NCBI GenBank assembly: GCA_963778565.1
Contig: CAVZUZ010000012.1
Span: 1,400,827-1,464,826 of the forward strand
Length of the DNA stretch: 64,000 nucleotides
Source: Thermoanaerobaculaceae bacterium
GTDB taxonomy: Bacteria > Acidobacteriota > Thermoanaerobaculia > Multivoradales > UBA5704
Reading direction: 5' to 3'
Part shown: positions 9,915-20,681 of the stretch, one piece after another
Layout: each line of letters starts with the position of its first letter
Numbering within the stretch: position 1 is the first letter of the stretch
The notes under the pieces: generated by a model
What the model was told of the DNA's origin: nothing
What the model saw: only the letters and a program-made list of their open reading frames with translations
Databases searched by the model: none
Program-made: the position numbers and the translations under genes

Positions 9915-10012
9915 CCGAGTCTCCTCTGCGCCAGCGGCTTCAAAGCCAGACCGCTACGGAGGGACGCAGCCATCAACTTCAATCGTCAGGTTATCTCCGC
10001 AGTGCCGTAATA

Positions 10013-10567
10013 CTACCCGACAAGCACAGCCTTCTTGAAGTCCTCGCCGGGCGCGGGGTCGGGCCCGATCCAGGTCGCGAGGATGGCGTCCGCCACCGCT
10101 TTTCCCGGCAGGGTGCCCTTGGCCTTGCCGTTGATCTCGACCGTGGTGCCCTCTCCGGGGAGGTAGGTCATGGCGAGCTGGTTCCCTTCGCCGACCCCGT
10201 CCATCCAGCCGCAGAGGGTTGCGAAGGCCTTCTTGACGTCGGCCGAGGCGTTGGGGGTGTTCGCTTCCAGCCCCTCGTTCCAGGCTTCGCACATCTGGTC
10301 CTTGCTGACGTCGTAGATGAAGTGCAGGACCATCCGGCGCGGCGCGTCGGCACCCAGGACCTTGGCCGCGCTCTTCTCCTTCTGAGGCAGATAGAGTCCG
10401 CCGACGTAGACCTTGATCACGAACTTCTTGCGCAGGCCCATGCCGTTGAGCACCAGGGTCTGGCCTTTGACCTCGGCTTTGTCGGGCAGGGTGACCCCGG
10501 CGAGCGTGCCGGCGCCGGCCGGCATGGCGAGCAGCAGGGACAAGAGAGCGGCGTATAGAATTCGCAT
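10013..10567 (-). CDS. chalcone isomerase-like family protein (secreted)
   Basis: 184 aa from ATG at 10567 with AGGAGG RBS; signal peptide MRILYAALLSLLLAMPAGAG; body resembles bacterial chalcone-isomerase-like (Chalcone_3) proteins; upstream part of the 444-aa ORF is not protein-like. Confidence 0.6.
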   Translation of the reverse strand: MRILYAALLSLLLAMPAGAGTLAGVTLPDKAEVKGQTLVLNGMGLRKKFVIKVYVGGLYLPQKEKSAAKVLGADAPRRMVLHFIYDVSKDQMCEAWNEGLEANTPNASADVKKAFATLCGWMDGVGEGNQLAMTYLPGEGTTVEINGKAKGTLPGKAVADAILATWIGPDPAPGEDFKKAVLVG

Positions 10568-10690
10568 CGGGTTTCCTCCTGCGAAGTCGAGCTTGGGTCC
10601 GGCGGCAAGTCTAGCCGAAATCCGATACCCCGGCGCCGCAACCCGGGCGCCTGTACCGCCGTATCTGGGCGTCGAGGCGCTGAGCCCGAG

Positions 10691-11308
10691 ATGAAAACCG
10701 ATGCCGAGCTGGTCGCGGGGGCCCTGCGGGGCTCCCAGGACGCCTACCGCGAGCTGGTCAAGCGGTTCGAGCGTCCCGTCTACTCGCTGGTTCTGCGTAT
10801 GGTTCAGGATCCGGCGGCGGCCGAGGACTTGGCGCAGGAGGTCTTCGTCAAGGCCTTCCGCCGCCTCGACCGCTACGATCCGCAGTGGAAGTTCTCGAGC
10901 TGGCTGTTCAAGATCGCGCACAACTCCACCATCGACCACCTGCGCCGGGGAATGCCGGAGACGGTGCCGCTGGAGGCGGAGGGGGACGACAAAGGCTCGC
11001 TCGGCGCCGTCCTCGCCGACGGCGCGGCGGAGGATCCCCACGCCATGGCGGAGCGGCGGGACCTGGCCCGCTCGCTCGAGCGCGCCATCGCCCGGCTGCG
11101 GCCCGATTACCGCCAGGCGGTGCTGATGTTCTACGCTCATGGCGCCTCGTACCAGGACATCTGCGAGGTCACCGGCCTGCCGCTGGGGACGGTGAAGACC
11201 AACCTCCACCGGGCAAGAAAGGAGCTCGCCCAGTCGATGGCCGCTCTCGGGTGGGGTCCCGAAGGTGGCAGGGCGGCGGGTGAAACCGAGGGGACACCGG
11301 TCTCGTAG
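10691..11308 (+). CDS. ECF-family RNA polymerase sigma-70 factor
   Basis: 205 aa; region 2 (DLAQEVFVKAFRRLDRYD, FSSWLFKIAHNSTIDHLRR) and region 4 (YQDICEVTGLPLGTVKTNLHRARKEL) motifs. Confidence 0.85.
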   Translation: MKTDAELVAGALRGSQDAYRELVKRFERPVYSLVLRMVQDPAAAEDLAQEVFVKAFRRLDRYDPQWKFSSWLFKIAHNSTIDHLRRGMPETVPLEAEGDDKGSLGAVLADGAAEDPHAMAERRDLARSLERAIARLRPDYRQAVLMFYAHGASYQDICEVTGLPLGTVKTNLHRARKELAQSMAALGWGPEGGRAAGETEGTPVS

Positions 11309-11332
11309 GGCGGGACAGAGGAGAAACGAGGA

Positions 11333-11863
11333 ATGCGCCGCTCCCATCAGAACGCCCTGGACCGCTGGCTCGCAGCCGAGCGGGACGATCGCGTGGAAGA
11401 GGCCGAGGCCGCGCTGTTCGAGGTGTTCGAGGCCCTGCCGCTGATCGCGCCCCCCGCCGGCTTCGCCGGCCGGGTGCTCGCGCGGGCCGGGATTCAGGCC
11501 GCCAGGCGAGACGTCTTCGCTTCGCGCGGGGTGCGTCTGGTATTGGCGCTCTGCCTGGTGGCCACGGGCCTCGGCGCGCTGTGGCTGCCGCCGGTCCTGC
11601 GCCTCCTGGCGGGGCTCTGGACCTTCGGCGGTCTCGTGCGGGGCTGGGTGATGGCGCTGGTCGAAGCCAGCCAGGTGCTGGCCTCGACGCTACGGCTCTG
11701 GGATCTGCTGCTCACCATCGGCCGGGCGATCACCCAGCCGCTGACGCTGCCGCAGGTCACGGCGGTTCTGGTGGTCTGCCTGCTGGCCTCCAGCCTCGCC
11801 TTTCGGTTTCTCCGTGACCAAATCACAGGTGAGAGGAATTGGACCTATGTCGACCCCATCTGA
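11333..11863 (+). CDS. anti-sigma factor (membrane-spanning)
   Basis: 176 aa directly downstream of the ECF sigma gene; N-terminal cytoplasmic segment followed by several hydrophobic helices. Confidence 0.55.
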   Translation: MRRSHQNALDRWLAAERDDRVEEAEAALFEVFEALPLIAPPAGFAGRVLARAGIQAARRDVFASRGVRLVLALCLVATGLGALWLPPVLRLLAGLWTFGGLVRGWVMALVEASQVLASTLRLWDLLLTIGRAITQPLTLPQVTAVLVVCLLASSLAFRFLRDQITGERNWTYVDPI

Positions 11864-13469
11864 ACGTTCCTATCTTTCTTTCGGGAAGGGAGCCCTGCGG
11901 ATCGCGGCGGTCCTTCTCGTCCTCGGTTCCGCGGCGGCGTACGCCGCGCCGCAGTCCGCCGCCGGCTCGCCCGTCTCGGCTGAGGAGCGCGGCGAGCTGC
12001 GGCGGACCATCGAGAGCCGCTACGAGGTGCTGCCGGTCAGCGGCGGCATCGCGCTCAAGCCCCGTCAGGTCCTGGCGGGGGTCCGTACCATCGAGGTGAC
12101 CGGAGACGACATCGCGGTCAATGGCGAACGGGTCAGCCCTCGTACGTTGCGCGACTGGTTGGGGGACGACGCCGGCTCGATCCTGCGCCTCCAGGGGCTG
12201 TCCGCCGTCGAGCAGCGCCAGATTTTCGGTCTGGATGAGGCCGCGGCCGGGACCGCTCAGGATGACGGCGAGCCCGCGGAGCAGGAGGTCGCCGAAGAGG
12301 CCGAACCGGATGAGCAGGCCGAGCCCGCGGAACCGGCTGAGCCCGCGGAACCGGCAGAGCCCGCCGAGCCGGAAAGACCCTTTCGCCATGGCACCGGCGA
12401 CCGGGTGAACGTCGGTGGCAGCGTCACGGTTTCCAAGGGCGAGGTCGTGAGTGAGGCAGTGGCTGTCGGCGGCAGGGTCGTCGTGGAAGAGGGTGCCGAG
12501 GTGATGAGCGGCGCCACCGCGATCGGCGGTTCCGCGCGGATCGACGGCAAGGTCGGCGGCGAGGTGGTCTCGGTCGGCAGCGGTGTCTATCTCGGTCCGC
12601 ACGCCGTGGTGGAGGGAGCCGTCACCAGCGTCGGCGGCCGCATCCATCGCTCGCCGGGCGCCGTGATCAACGGTCCTACCTCCGAAGTGGCGTTTCCGTT
12701 CTTCGGCCACGACGGCGGCGACTGGGGAGACTGGGATTGGGACTGGGACGGCTGGGAGCCCTGGCCCTTCTGGGGGGGCGTCTCGGACGTCATGAGCAGT
12801 CTGATGTGGCTCGTGCTGATGGGCCTGCTGACCTGCCTGGTGCTGCTGGTGGCGAGGCGTCCGCTGGAGAGGGTGGACCGGCAGCTCGCCTCCCGGCCCT
12901 GGCCGTCGGCGCTCGCCGGGCTCCTGAGCATCATCTTCTTCTGGCCGCTTTTCCTGGTGGTGACAGTCCTGCTGGCGATCACCATCGTCGGCTGCGTGCT
13001 GTTCCTGCTCTACCCGTTCCTCTTCCTCTATCTGGCGCTGCTCTTGCTGCTGGGCTACGCCGCGGCCGCCTACCGCCTGGGACGCTGGCTGGAGATCCGT
13101 TTCAACCGGAGCTTCGGCGGGCCCTACGCGGTGGCTCTGGTCGGCGTGCTGATGATCCAGGTCTGGTCCGTGCTGGGCGAGCTGCTCGACCTGATCCCCG
13201 GGCCCTTCGGATTCTTCGCCTTCCTGGTGGGGCTGTTCGGGTTCCTCGTCCAGGCCACCGCCTGGATCGTGGGCCTGGGTGCGGTGATCCTGGCTCGCTT
13301 CGGGCTGGAGCCCGGTTACTGGCCGCGGCGCGGAGCGCCGGTTCCGCCGCCGCTCTACACGCCTCCGCCACCGGCGCCTGACCAGTTGCCGCTCACCGAG
13401 CCGCGGTGGGAGGAACCGGGGACGTATCCTGCGGATTCCTATCCGCCCGAGGAGGGCGAGTCGCGGTAG
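11847..13469 (+). CDS. membrane protein with bactofilin-like (polymer-forming beta-helical) repeat domain and (PAE)n linker
   Basis: start at ATG 11847 after GAGAGGAA RBS; signal peptide; PAEPAEPAEPAEP linker; V/G-rich repeat GDRVNVGGSVTVSKGEVV...GGRVVVEEGAEV...IDGKVGGEVVSVGSGVYLG typical of bactofilin/DUF583 fold; C-terminal multi-TM region. Confidence 0.5.
   Translation: MSTPSERSYLSFGKGALRIAAVLLVLGSAAAYAAPQSAAGSPVSAEERGELRRTIESRYEVLPVSGGIALKPRQVLAGVRTIEVTGDDIAVNGERVSPRTLRDWLGDDAGSILRLQGLSAVEQRQIFGLDEAAAGTAQDDGEPAEQEVAEEAEPDEQAEPAEPAEPAEPAEPAEPERPFRHGTGDRVNVGGSVTVSKGEVVSEAVAVGGRVVVEEGAEVMSGATAIGGSARIDGKVGGEVVSVGSGVYLGPHAVVEGAVTSVGGRIHRSPGAVINGPTSEVAFPFFGHDGGDWGDWDWDWDGWEPWPFWGGVSDVMSSLMWLVLMGLLTCLVLLVARRPLERVDRQLASRPWPSALAGLLSIIFFWPLFLVVTVLLAITIVGCVLFLLYPFLFLYLALLLLLGYAAAAYRLGRWLEIRFNRSFGGPYAVALVGVLMIQVWSVLGELLDLIPGPFGFFAFLVGLFGFLVQATAWIVGLGAVILARFGLEPGYWPRRGAPVPPPLYTPPPPAPDQLPLTEPRWEEPGTYPADSYPPEEGESR
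12318..12374 (+). repeat. tandem 9-nt/18-nt repeat encoding (EPA/PAE)n
   Basis: gagcccgcggaaccggct repeated about 3 times. Confidence 0.6.
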
Positions 13470-13496
13470 GCGAACTGTGAATCGTGGTTTTTGGTA

Positions 13497-13525
13497 GGGG
13501 CGGGGCTTGTCCCCGCCCTTTTGCT
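13497..13525 (+). terminator. intrinsic terminator hairpin GGGGCGGGG-cttgt-CCCCGCCC followed by TTTTG
   Basis: perfect GC-rich stem immediately after stop of gene 11847..13469; same 22-nt hairpin sequence recurs inside the MITE copy at 55522..55584. Confidence 0.65.
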
Positions 13526-13542
13526 GTGAGCAGCAGTTGAAT

Positions 13543-13636
13543 CAAGGACGAAAAGGACAGCAAGGACGCCAAGGACTCGAGGTGAATCGCATGGTCCTCG
13601 TCCTTGAAGTCTTTGCTGTCCTTTTCGTCCTTGATT
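13543..13636. repeat. large imperfect inverted repeat (about 43-bp arms, 10-12-nt loop) between convergent genes
   Basis: left arm aatcaaggacgaaaaggacagcaaggacgccaaggactcgagg, right arm cctcgtccttgaagtctttgctgtccttttcgtccttgatt (reverse complement nearly identical). Confidence 0.7.
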
Positions 13637-13645
13637 CTGCGGCGA

Positions 13646-15857
13646 TCAACCCTCCGCCGGACCCGTCAACCGCTCGGCCAGCCGGGTGAACCGCGCGCGG
13701 ACTCGGCGGTTGCCGACGGCGATCCGCAGGGCTCGCTCCTCTCCCACCAGAATCGCCAGCCGCTTCGCCCGGGTGAGCGCCGTGTAGAGGAGGTTCCGCT
13801 GCAGCATCACGTAGTGGGTGGTGTGGAGCGGGATGACCACGCAGGGGTATTCGCTTCCCTGCGACTTGTGGATCGTGCAGGCGTAGGCCAGCATCAGCTC
13901 ATCCATCGCGCTGAAGTCGTACACCACCTCCCGGCCGTCCACCGCCACCTTGAGGATCTGATCGACCTCGTCGACGGCGCGGACCCGGCCGATGTCGCCG
14001 TTGAAGACCTCGAGGTCGTAGTTGTTGCGCACCTGCATCACCTTGTCGCCCACCCGCAGGCTGTGCCCGCCGCGGACGGCCATCGGGCCTTCGGGGTTCA
14101 GCAGGTCGCGCAGGACGGCGTTGAGGCTGTTCGTGCCGAGGGGACCCCGGTTCGTCGGGGTCAGCACCTGGATCTGCTCGACGGGATCGAAGCCGAACCT
14201 GGCCGGGATGCGCTTGCCGACGAGCTGGCCGATGGTCTCGACGATCTCCTCGGGTTCCTTGCGCTCCAGGAAGAAGAAGTCGCCGTCGCTGTCCACCGAC
14301 TCCAGGACCGGCATCTGTCCCTGGTTGACCCGATGGGCGTTGACCACGATCAGGCTGCGCTCGGCCTGGCGGAAGATCTCGGTCAGCCGCACGACCTCGA
14401 CCGCTTTCGGAACGGATGAGGTCGGCCAGCACGCGGCCGGGGCCGACCGACGGGAGCTGATCCACGTCCCCCACCAGGATCAGGCGGCCGTGGTCCGGCA
14501 CGGCCCGGAGGACGTGGTAGGCGAGCACGGTGTCGAGCATCGACGTCTCGTCGACGATCAGCAGGTCGCAGCCCAGCGGATGCTCGCGGTTGCGGTCGAA
14601 CTGCCGCGTCTTGGGGTTGAACTCGAGCAACCGGTGCAGGGTGGTCGCTTCAGCGCCGGTGGCCTCGGCCAAGCGCTTGGCCGCGCGGCCGGTGGGGGCG
14701 GCGAGCGACACCTTCTGGGCCTTCCTCTCCAGGATCTCGACGATGCCGCGCACCAGCGTCGTCTTGCCGGTCCCCGGACCGCCGGTGATGACCAGCATCT
14801 TGCGGGTGAGCCCAGAGCGGATGGCCTGCCGCTGCTCCCTGGCGAGCGCCAGCCGCTCCCGCTTCTCGAACCAGTCCAGGGCCCGTTCGACGTCGATCTC
14901 GAGCGGCAGGAGCGGCTGGACGAGCAAGGCGCGGATGCGCGCGGCCACCCCGGACTCGGCGGCGTGGAGCGCCTTGAGGAAGACCGCCTGCTCGGCGGGA
15001 TCGACCGGGGCTTCGAGAACGACCTGCTCGGCCTCGGCAAGCGCCGCGAGCGCCTGATCGATCCGTTCGGCCGGCGCCTCGAGGAGCTTCTCCGCCTCCT
15101 CCAGGAGCGCCTTGCGCGGCAGGTAGAGATGACCGCGGTCCGCGGCCTGCCCCAGCAGGTAGAGCGTACCGGCCTCGATGCGCTGCGGCGCGTCGGGCGG
15201 TACGCCGAGGGCCGCGGCGATCCGGTCCGCCGTCTTGAAGCCGATGCCGTAGACGTCGGCCGCCAGGCGGTACGGGTTCTCCCGCACCAGCTTCGTGGCC
15301 TGAGGGCCGTAGGTCTTGTAGATCTTGATCGCGTAGTGGGTGGAGACGCCGTGCGACTGCAGGAAGATCATCACCTCCTTGATCTCCCTTTGCTCCGTCC
15401 AGGCGCGAAGGATGTCGCGGCTGCGCTTGGGACCGATCCCCTCCACCTCCTTCAGGCGGTGCGGGCGGTTCTCGATGACGTCCAGCGTCTCCAGGCCGAA
15501 GGCCTTCACCAGCCGCGCCGCCATCACCTTGCCGATGCCGCGGATGAGGCCGGAGCCGAGATATTTCTCGATCCCCTTGAGCGTCCCGGGCACCATGGTG
15601 GAGTAGGAAGCGACGCGGAACTGCCGGCCGTACTTCGGGTCGTTGATCCAGGAACCGGTCAGCCGCAGGTGCTCCCCCGGCTGCACCCCCAGAAGGTTGC
15701 CGACGGCGGTCACCGGCTCGTGCCGTCCCGAGACGTTGAGCCGCACCACGCTCCAGGCGTTCTCCTCGTTGGTGAAGACGATCCGCTCGAGCACCCCTTC
15801 CAGGGTGGTCGAGGCATCGCCGGATGGACCGGATCGGGGAGTGAGAGGGAGGGTCAT
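13646..15857 (-). CDS. recD2: ATP-dependent RecD-like DNA helicase (RecD2), apparent frameshift near 14395
   Basis: N-terminal part (ORF 13899..15857) has OB/HhH region and Walker A VITGGPGTGKTT, DEAD-like LLIVDETSMLD, GDVDQLPSVGPG; C-terminal part (ORF 13646..14392) has RLTEIFRQ...AYACTIHKSQGSEYP; the two frames join around ctttcgg at 14395-14400 with a 1-nt offset. Confidence 0.8.
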
Positions 15858-15909
15858 ATCCGCCGGAGCGGCAATAGTTTATGACAGGAGGTGACCCCCA
15901 TCCCCGTCT

Positions 15910-17320
<1,411 letters not shown>

Positions 17321-17329
17321 GGAGGGACG

Positions 17330-17545
17330 ATGGAGCTCCACACCGAAGTGCTGATCCACAACGATACCCTGGGAGTGAAGGGGGGCAAGGGGGTGCTGAT
17401 CCAGATCAGCGGCGACGGCTACTACGAGGTGAACTGCGTTTTCGGGGAGCGGGTCCACCGTACGCTCTTCCCGATCCATGGCACGGTGCTGATCTGCCGC
17501 GAGCCGGAGGACACCACGGCGCCCGACACGGAGATCGAGCGCTGA
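17330..17545 (+). CDS. small hypothetical protein
   Basis: 71 aa; strong RBS GAGGAGGGA 4 nt upstream of ATG; stop overlaps pdxJ start (TGATGG). Confidence 0.5.
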   Translation: MELHTEVLIHNDTLGVKGGKGVLIQISGDGYYEVNCVFGERVHRTLFPIHGTVLICREPEDTTAPDTEIER

Positions 17546-18285
17546 TGGCGGCGATAGACGCCTCGGGACAGTCGGCTAAGCTCTCCGTCAACGTCGATCA
17601 CGTCGCGACGCTGCGGCAGGCCCGCAAGGCCGATGATCCGGACCCGGTCGAGGCGGCGCGGATCGCCGAGGACGCCGGCGCCTCCGGCGTCACGGCTCAC
17701 CTGCGGGTGGACCGCCGCCATATCCAGGACTCCGACGTGGAGAGGCTGCGCGCGAGCGTGCGGGGCAAGCTCAACCTGGAGATGTCGAGCGCCGAGGACA
17801 TGGTGAAGATCGCTCTATGGGTGAAGCCCGATCAGGTGACGCTGGTGCCGGAGCGGCCCGAGGAGGTGACGACCGAGGGAGGTCTCAACCTGCTCCTCTA
17901 TGCCCGGCGGATCGCCGAGGTAGCCGAGCGCCTGGCGGCCGGCGGCATGGCCGTCTCGCTCTTCATCGATCCGGACCCTCTGCAGCTCCAGGCTCTCGCG
18001 CGCCTCTCCGGCCACGGCGTCACCGGGTTCGAGATCAATACCGACGCCTACTCCCGCGCCCCGGCGATCGGGAGCGAGCTGCGCCAGATCGCCGAGAGCG
18101 TGGAGCAGGGCAGGGCGGCCGGCTTCCACGCTTACGCCGGCCACGGGCTGCGCACGGACAACGTCGGCCCGATCGCCGCTCTGCCTGGCATGGAGGAGCT
18201 GAACATCGGCCATTTCATCGTCAGCCGCGCCGTGGTCGTCGGCATGGAGGCGGCGGTGCGGGAGATGCTGGCGGCGATGGCGTGA
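17545..18285 (+). CDS. pdxJ: pyridoxine 5'-phosphate synthase
   Basis: 246 aa; LSVNVDHVATLRQAR and overall TIM-barrel PdxJ pattern. Confidence 0.85.
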   Translation: MAAIDASGQSAKLSVNVDHVATLRQARKADDPDPVEAARIAEDAGASGVTAHLRVDRRHIQDSDVERLRASVRGKLNLEMSSAEDMVKIALWVKPDQVTLVPERPEEVTTEGGLNLLLYARRIAEVAERLAAGGMAVSLFIDPDPLQLQALARLSGHGVTGFEINTDAYSRAPAIGSELRQIAESVEQGRAAGFHAYAGHGLRTDNVGPIAALPGMEELNIGHFIVSRAVVVGMEAAVREMLAAMA

Positions 18286-18912
18286 TCAGCTCCGTCTTCT
18301 CTGGTTCCTGATCCGGTACAGGCGCTCCGTGAAACCACCCTCTGCTTCGAAGGCCTGCGCCTGAGCTGCCAACTGGCGATCGAGCAGGTAGCAGCAGAGG
18401 TTCAACAAAGAGAGGGCCGCATTGGCCACCAAGGTGGAAGAGCTCAGGGACTGACACGGACCTTCACGGACGGACACGGCGACTTCTCTCCCGTCCGTGC
18501 TCGTCTGTGTCCGTCCCTGCTCGTCCTCAACCCAAAGGCGCACCTCCTCCACCGTAGCGCAACGCCTCGCCTTGAAACGCACCAGGGCCGGGTGATCCGG
18601 TGGAAGAAGGGGCAGCCCCCGTTGCCGCAGGAAGTCTTCGTAGTCGAGCCGCATCTCCTCCAGACTGGCCCGCGCCACGTTGGTCAGCTTGAGCTCCGTC
18701 TTCTTCGAAGTGCCCGACGCCTGGCTCCCCTCGGCAATGTTCTGCACCCCGCTACGGGCAGCCTGCACCATCTGGTCGCGGGTTCGGCTTCGGCGCTCGA
18801 CGTAGCGCTCGCAGAAACGTACCGTAACGTCGTAGGTCAGTTGAGCCAACTGGAAGCTCCTCAGCTTCCGGTATCCGCCGTGCTTCGGGATCAGGGGCTC
18901 ATCGGTGCTCAC
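18286..18912 (-). CDS. four-helix-bundle protein (TIGR02436-like) with C-terminal suffix domain
   Basis: GTG start at 18912 preceded by AAGGAGGG RBS; YRKLRSFQLAQLTYDVTVRF...QNIAEGSQASGTSKKTELKLTNVARASLEEMRLDYEDFL matches four-helix-bundle family; upstream part of 462-aa ORF is composition junk. Confidence 0.6.
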   Translation of the reverse strand: MSTDEPLIPKHGGYRKLRSFQLAQLTYDVTVRFCERYVERRSRTRDQMVQAARSGVQNIAEGSQASGTSKKTELKLTNVARASLEEMRLDYEDFLRQRGLPLLPPDHPALVRFKARRCATVEEVRLWVEDEQGRTQTSTDGREVAVSVREGPCQSLSSSTLVANAALSLLNLCCYLLDRQLAAQAQAFEAEGGFTERLYRIRNQRRRS

Positions 18913-18934
18913 GATCCCTCCTTGGTCTTTCAGG

Positions 18935-19547
18935 CTAGGCCGACCCGATGCCAACCATGAAGTCGTACCCATCCGGGCCGCAGACTCTCTCGAGCGCAGC
19001 GAGCACGCGTTTGGATTTGGCCGCCGTGTCACGAGGCCCCGAGATGTAGAGAGGCTTGCCGTCCTTGCCGTACGGGAAAACGCGGTCGCCAAGGCGAGGG
19101 TCGACGCCGGCGAAGATCCGGCTCGCCACGGGATAATCATGATGCGGTGACAGGCCGAACTGCTGAGCGTACGCGACAGCGCCCTCGACCAGAGCTCGCG
19201 CGTTCGCCGCTGAGAGAGCTGCGAATGAACCATCTGCCGCGAAGCGGGTTCTCTGACGGTACTCGGCGGTTGCGAAGACGCCGAAGACCACATCCTTGAC
19301 GCCGAGGCAGAAGACGTCCAACAGAAACGTCGCCATGGCGATTCGACCGGCCCCAAGCTCTCGGGCGACCACGACGTTGCCGAGCCCGAGGCTCGAAGAG
19401 GCTTCGTGGGATCAGGCACTCGTAGATGGGAGAATCCGCCGGCACCGTGGGGAAACGCACCTGCGGCAGGTTCGGGCCCGCCGCTTGGCGCTTCGCTTTC
19501 CGGCGCGCAGCGGCCTTCTGCTCGCGACGCTTGCTGGGTTTTCCCAT
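18935..19547 (-). CDS. hypothetical protein, apparent frameshift near 19395 (basic N-terminus plus conserved-looking C-terminal domain)
   Basis: ORF 19137..19547 gives MGKPSKRREQKAAARRKAKRQAAGPNLPQVRFPTVPADSPIYECLIP then degenerates; ORF 18935..19372 frame continues ...EASSSLGLGNVVVARELGAGRIAMATFLLDV... upstream of its annotated start, so the two probably form one roughly 200-aa protein. Confidence 0.4.
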
Positions 19548-19672
19548 TGCTGTAGCCTTGCCTCTGCCGGGAGCTGACTGGAGAGACTCTACATGGAGGA
19601 GCTCTCGACGGCGGCGCGGGGGTTATGACGTAGAATAATCTCTCCATTCGGGCACCACCGGAGCCGCGTGAC

Positions 19673-20680
19673 ATGTCTCAGGATTCGAAGCGTCCCGACG
19701 TCGAACCGATGACGCGCGGTGTCTCCGAGGGCAGAGGCGCCTCCTCCGTCTCCGCGAGAGATTTCGCGGCAGACGATCGCTGCCGCTTCCGGCCCAGCAC
19801 GGTGGCGGGAGTCCGCATCGTCGCCAGGCTGACGGCTCGCTGCATCTTCCTCTGCGAGCACTGCCTGGCCAGCGCGGCGGGGAACGTCCGTTCCAGCGAC
19901 CGCAGCCTCGGCGATTGGCAGCGCATCCTGTCCGGGCTCCGCGGGATCGCCGCCCACAAGGTACTGCTGACCGGCGGCGAGCCCCTCCTCTTCGACGGCC
20001 TCGTCGAGCTCACCGCCCACATCGCCGAACAGGGCGTGAGCACCGATCTCAACAGCACTCTCTGGTCGATGACTCCGCGTCTGGCCCGGCGTCTCGCTGC
20101 GGCCGGCCTGACGGAGGCGTCGATCTCGCTGGAGGGGCCGGAGGAGGTTCACGATCGGCTGCACGGGCGCTCCGGCGCCTGCGCTCGTCTGAAGGCCGGG
20201 GTGCGGATGCTGCAAGACGTGGGCTCGATCGTGGACGGCTCGATGTGCGTTACGCCGATGAACCTGCCTCACGTGGCCTCGATGATCGAGGAGGCCGCGC
20301 GGATGGGCCTGGCCTCCTTCACGGTCTCGCGGATGATGCCCGTCGGACATGGGCTCAGCTGGGTCGGGCCCCGTGTCCCGCAGGAGAGCCTGACCGCGCT
20401 CCACGCCGATCTGGCGTCGGCCCGCGCCGGGGGATGCGGCATTCCCGTCCGCTGCGTCGGGCTTCTCGGCGCCCCCGGACCTCATGAATGCGAACAGGGG
20501 CGCACCCTGATCGGCATTCGCGCCGACGGGACGCTCGCGGCGTGCCCCCTCTCCCGGGACGACCCGCGGGGAGTGCCGAAGCCCGAGGAGGTGGGATTGG
20601 CCGCGGCCGTCGCGGCCGTGGGCGAATCCCTGCGAGCGCTGGCTTCGCCACGGATGTGCTATGGCCTGGAGGATCTCTGA
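19673..20680 (+). CDS. radical SAM/SPASM-domain protein (rSAM-1)
   Basis: 335 aa; CIFLCEHC (CxxxCxxC) radical SAM cluster motif; C-terminal Cys-rich CEQGRTLIGIRADGTLAACP SPASM/twitch-like region. Confidence 0.75.
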   Translation: MSQDSKRPDVEPMTRGVSEGRGASSVSARDFAADDRCRFRPSTVAGVRIVARLTARCIFLCEHCLASAAGNVRSSDRSLGDWQRILSGLRGIAAHKVLLTGGEPLLFDGLVELTAHIAEQGVSTDLNSTLWSMTPRLARRLAAAGLTEASISLEGPEEVHDRLHGRSGACARLKAGVRMLQDVGSIVDGSMCVTPMNLPHVASMIEEAARMGLASFTVSRMMPVGHGLSWVGPRVPQESLTALHADLASARAGGCGIPVRCVGLLGAPGPHECEQGRTLIGIRADGTLAACPLSRDDPRGVPKPEEVGLAAAVAAVGESLRALASPRMCYGLEDL

Positions 20681-20681
20681 A

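Noticed and set aside
14022-15884. 620-aa plus-strand ORF
   Set aside because: It is the antisense shadow of recD2 and gives an R/G/L-rich translation with no motifs.
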